From Octopus vulgaris (Eukaryota): DNA of 64,000 nucleotides. The stretch is from NCBI GenBank assembly GCA_951406725.2, contig OX597819.1, positions 12,958,001-13,022,000 of the forward strand, written 5' to 3'. Made by a program: the position numbers and the translations under genes. Positions 61,768 through 64,000 of this stretch are shown here, in pieces. How positions within the stretch are numbered: the stretch's first letter is position 1; each line of letters begins with the position of its first letter. The notes beneath the pieces were generated by a model, which did no database searches, was not told where the DNA came from, and worked only from the letters and a program-made list of their open reading frames with translations.

Positions 61768-63447
61768 TCATCATCATCATCGTTTAGCATTCGTTGTCCA
61801 TGCTGCAAGGCTGCACCAAACTCCAGTCTGATTTGGCATGGTTTTATGACTGAATGCCCTTATTAACACCAACCACTCTAAGAGTACAATGGGTGCTTTT
61901 ACGTGCCACTGGCATGGCATTTGTGTGACACTGGTATCTGCCAAGACTGTGATTTTACTTGGCTTGATGGGTCTTCTTCTCAAGCACAACATAATACCAA
62001 AAGTCTTGGTCATGGCCTCTGTGAGGCCCAACACTCGAAAGGAGCTTTTTATGTGCCACCGGCATCAACCACTTTGCCTTCATGAGGCCCCACACTTGAC
62101 AGTGCTTTTTATGTGCCACCAGCACAGGTGTCAGTTATGTGACACCAGCATCAGTCATGCCTACAGTTTCACTTGGCTTGATGTGCCTTCTCAAGCATTG
62201 CATATCATCAAAGGTCTCAGTCACCAGTCATTGCCTCTGTGAGGCCCAAAGTTTGAAGATCATGCTTCACCACCTCATCCCATGTCTTCCTGGCTCCACT
62301 CTACCACATGTTCCCTCCACAGTTAGTGATCGGCACTCCTTTGTACAGCCGTCCTCATCCATATGCATCCCATGATCATACCAGTGCAGTCGTCTCTCTT
62401 GCACACCACATATGATGCCTCTTATACCCAACCTTTCTCTCAAGATGCTTACACTCTGTCGAACATGCACACTGACATTGCATATCCAGCGAAGCATACT
62501 GGCTTCATTTATCTCAAACTTTTGCAAGTCCTCTGTAGTCAAAGCCCATGTTTCGCTGCAGTGTAACATAGCTGTTCACACAGAGGCATCATAGAATCTA
62601 CCTTTCAATCTGAGTGAGAGGCCCTTTGTTGCCAGCACAGAGCTCTCTGAACTTTACCTAGCTAGCGTAATCTTATTCTCACAGCTATGCTTTTGGAGCA
62701 TCCACCTCCACTACTGACTTTGTCATCTAGTTAAAAGAAGCTATCAACTACCTCTAACTTACCTCTATTTTCTGTAGATTTTTGGTGTTTCCTGGGGGAG
62801 GCACTAGGGGCAGTCCACCCTGGGTGGCATTTTTGGGTCTGCTGTAGGCAATATGCATTTTTTGTTGGATCTGGGGGTAGCAGACGGAAGGGCTACTCCA
62901 GGTGACACACACAAAAGCTGTTTTCCTTGTTAACCTTCCTTTGATATTACTGCACCTCTTATGTGTCCATAGCTTACACTGGGTACAACTTATGGAATTT
63001 TTACTTACACCTTTTCTACAGATTGAGCAGGTCCATCAACCTGAAGAAATTTGTGATTTGTCTGCCTTCCTACTTACTAAGATTTTGGTTTTTGCTAGGT
63101 TTTTGCTAAGGCCCTTCAATTCTAGACCTTGCTTCCAAACCTGAAACTTCTTCTCTAGTTCCAGTAGTGATTTAGCTATAAGACCAATGTCATCAGCATA
63201 GAGGAGCTCCCAAAGGCAGCCTGTCTTAAATTTCTCTGTTATTGCCTAGAGGACTATGATGAAAAGGAGGCTTAGGACCAATCCTTGGTGAACCCCTACT
63301 TGTACCTTGAAATCTTCACTGTACTGATTGCCAATACTCATCTTACTCATCTATCCCTAGTTTCCGCATTGACCACCAGATGAGGGATCAGGGGACCCTG
63401 TCAAAGGCTTTCTCCAAGTCAACAAAAGCCAAGTACAGAGATTTATG
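61768..63447 (-). mobile_element. Degenerate RTE LINE with RT motifs, PHD-like insert, C-terminus and family B UTR
   Basis: Minus strand: LYLAFVDLEKAFDRVP (~63390-63437), GVHQG, ELLYADDIGL (~63190), LEVVDSF, SETWAL..RRLHWYDH. Confidence 0.9.
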
Positions 63448-63635
63448 ATTAGTGGTTCTCAGCTTGGGTCCACATGACCCTTCAAGGTCCATATCAAATT
63501 TTGTTGGAGCCTGGTCCAGCTCTCTGGCTTACCAATTCCAGTCAAACCATCCAACACATGCCAGCATGGCAAACAGATGCTAAATGATGATGATGATGAG
63601 GAGGAGGAAGAAATTGCATTTACTTCTACAATATA

Positions 63636-63803
63636 GGTGCAGGAGTGTCTGTGTGGTAAGTAGCTTGCTTACCAACCACATGGTTCCAGGTTCAGTCCCA
63701 TTGCTTACCACCTTTGATAAATGTCTTCTACTATAATAGCCTTGGGCCAACCAAAGCCTTGTGAGTAGATTTGGTAGATGGAAAGTGAAAGGAGCCTGCT
63801 GTG
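63636..63803 (+). mobile_element. SINE-A, 5' half
   Basis: Matches consensus. Confidence 0.85.
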
Positions 63804-63809
63804 TATATA

Positions 63810-64000
63810 TCATCATCATCGTTTAACGTCCGTTTTCCATGCTAGTATGGGTTGGACGGTTTGACCAGGGTCTGGGAAGCCAGGAGGCTACACCAGGCTC
63901 CAGTCTGATCTGGCAGTGTTTCTACAGCTGGATGCCCTTGATAACGCCAACCACTCCATGAGTGTAGTGGGTGCTTTTTTACGTGCCACCGGCACAGGAA
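63810..64000 (-). mobile_element. RTE 3' UTR fragment (family B), runs off the window
   Basis: Consensus. Confidence 0.88.

Overview
AT-rich, repeat-saturated animal genomic DNA with no recognisable host protein-coding gene, so probably intronic or intergenic. The repeat repertoire looks like an Octopus/coleoid cephalopod genome (inference, not a search result). Contents: about 26 copies of one tRNA-headed SINE (here SINE-A) and several other tRNA-SINE families; 3' remnants of RTE, CR1 and Dong/R4 (RLE, TAA-targeted) LINEs; mariner, DD37D, hAT, piggyBac-type and Helitron non-autonomous elements; and many microsatellites. Almost all ORFs in the supplied track are microsatellite or SINE artefacts. 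The most striking unexplained structure is a set of non-coding, mostly (TA)n-anchored fold-back (palindromic) elements and about ten minimal type-I hammerhead ribozyme motifs of the kind associated with Penelope-like retroelements. One is carried by a tRNA-headed SINE-like element inserted as an inverted dimer within a 17-bp target duplication. Coordinates were counted by eye and may be off by a few bases.
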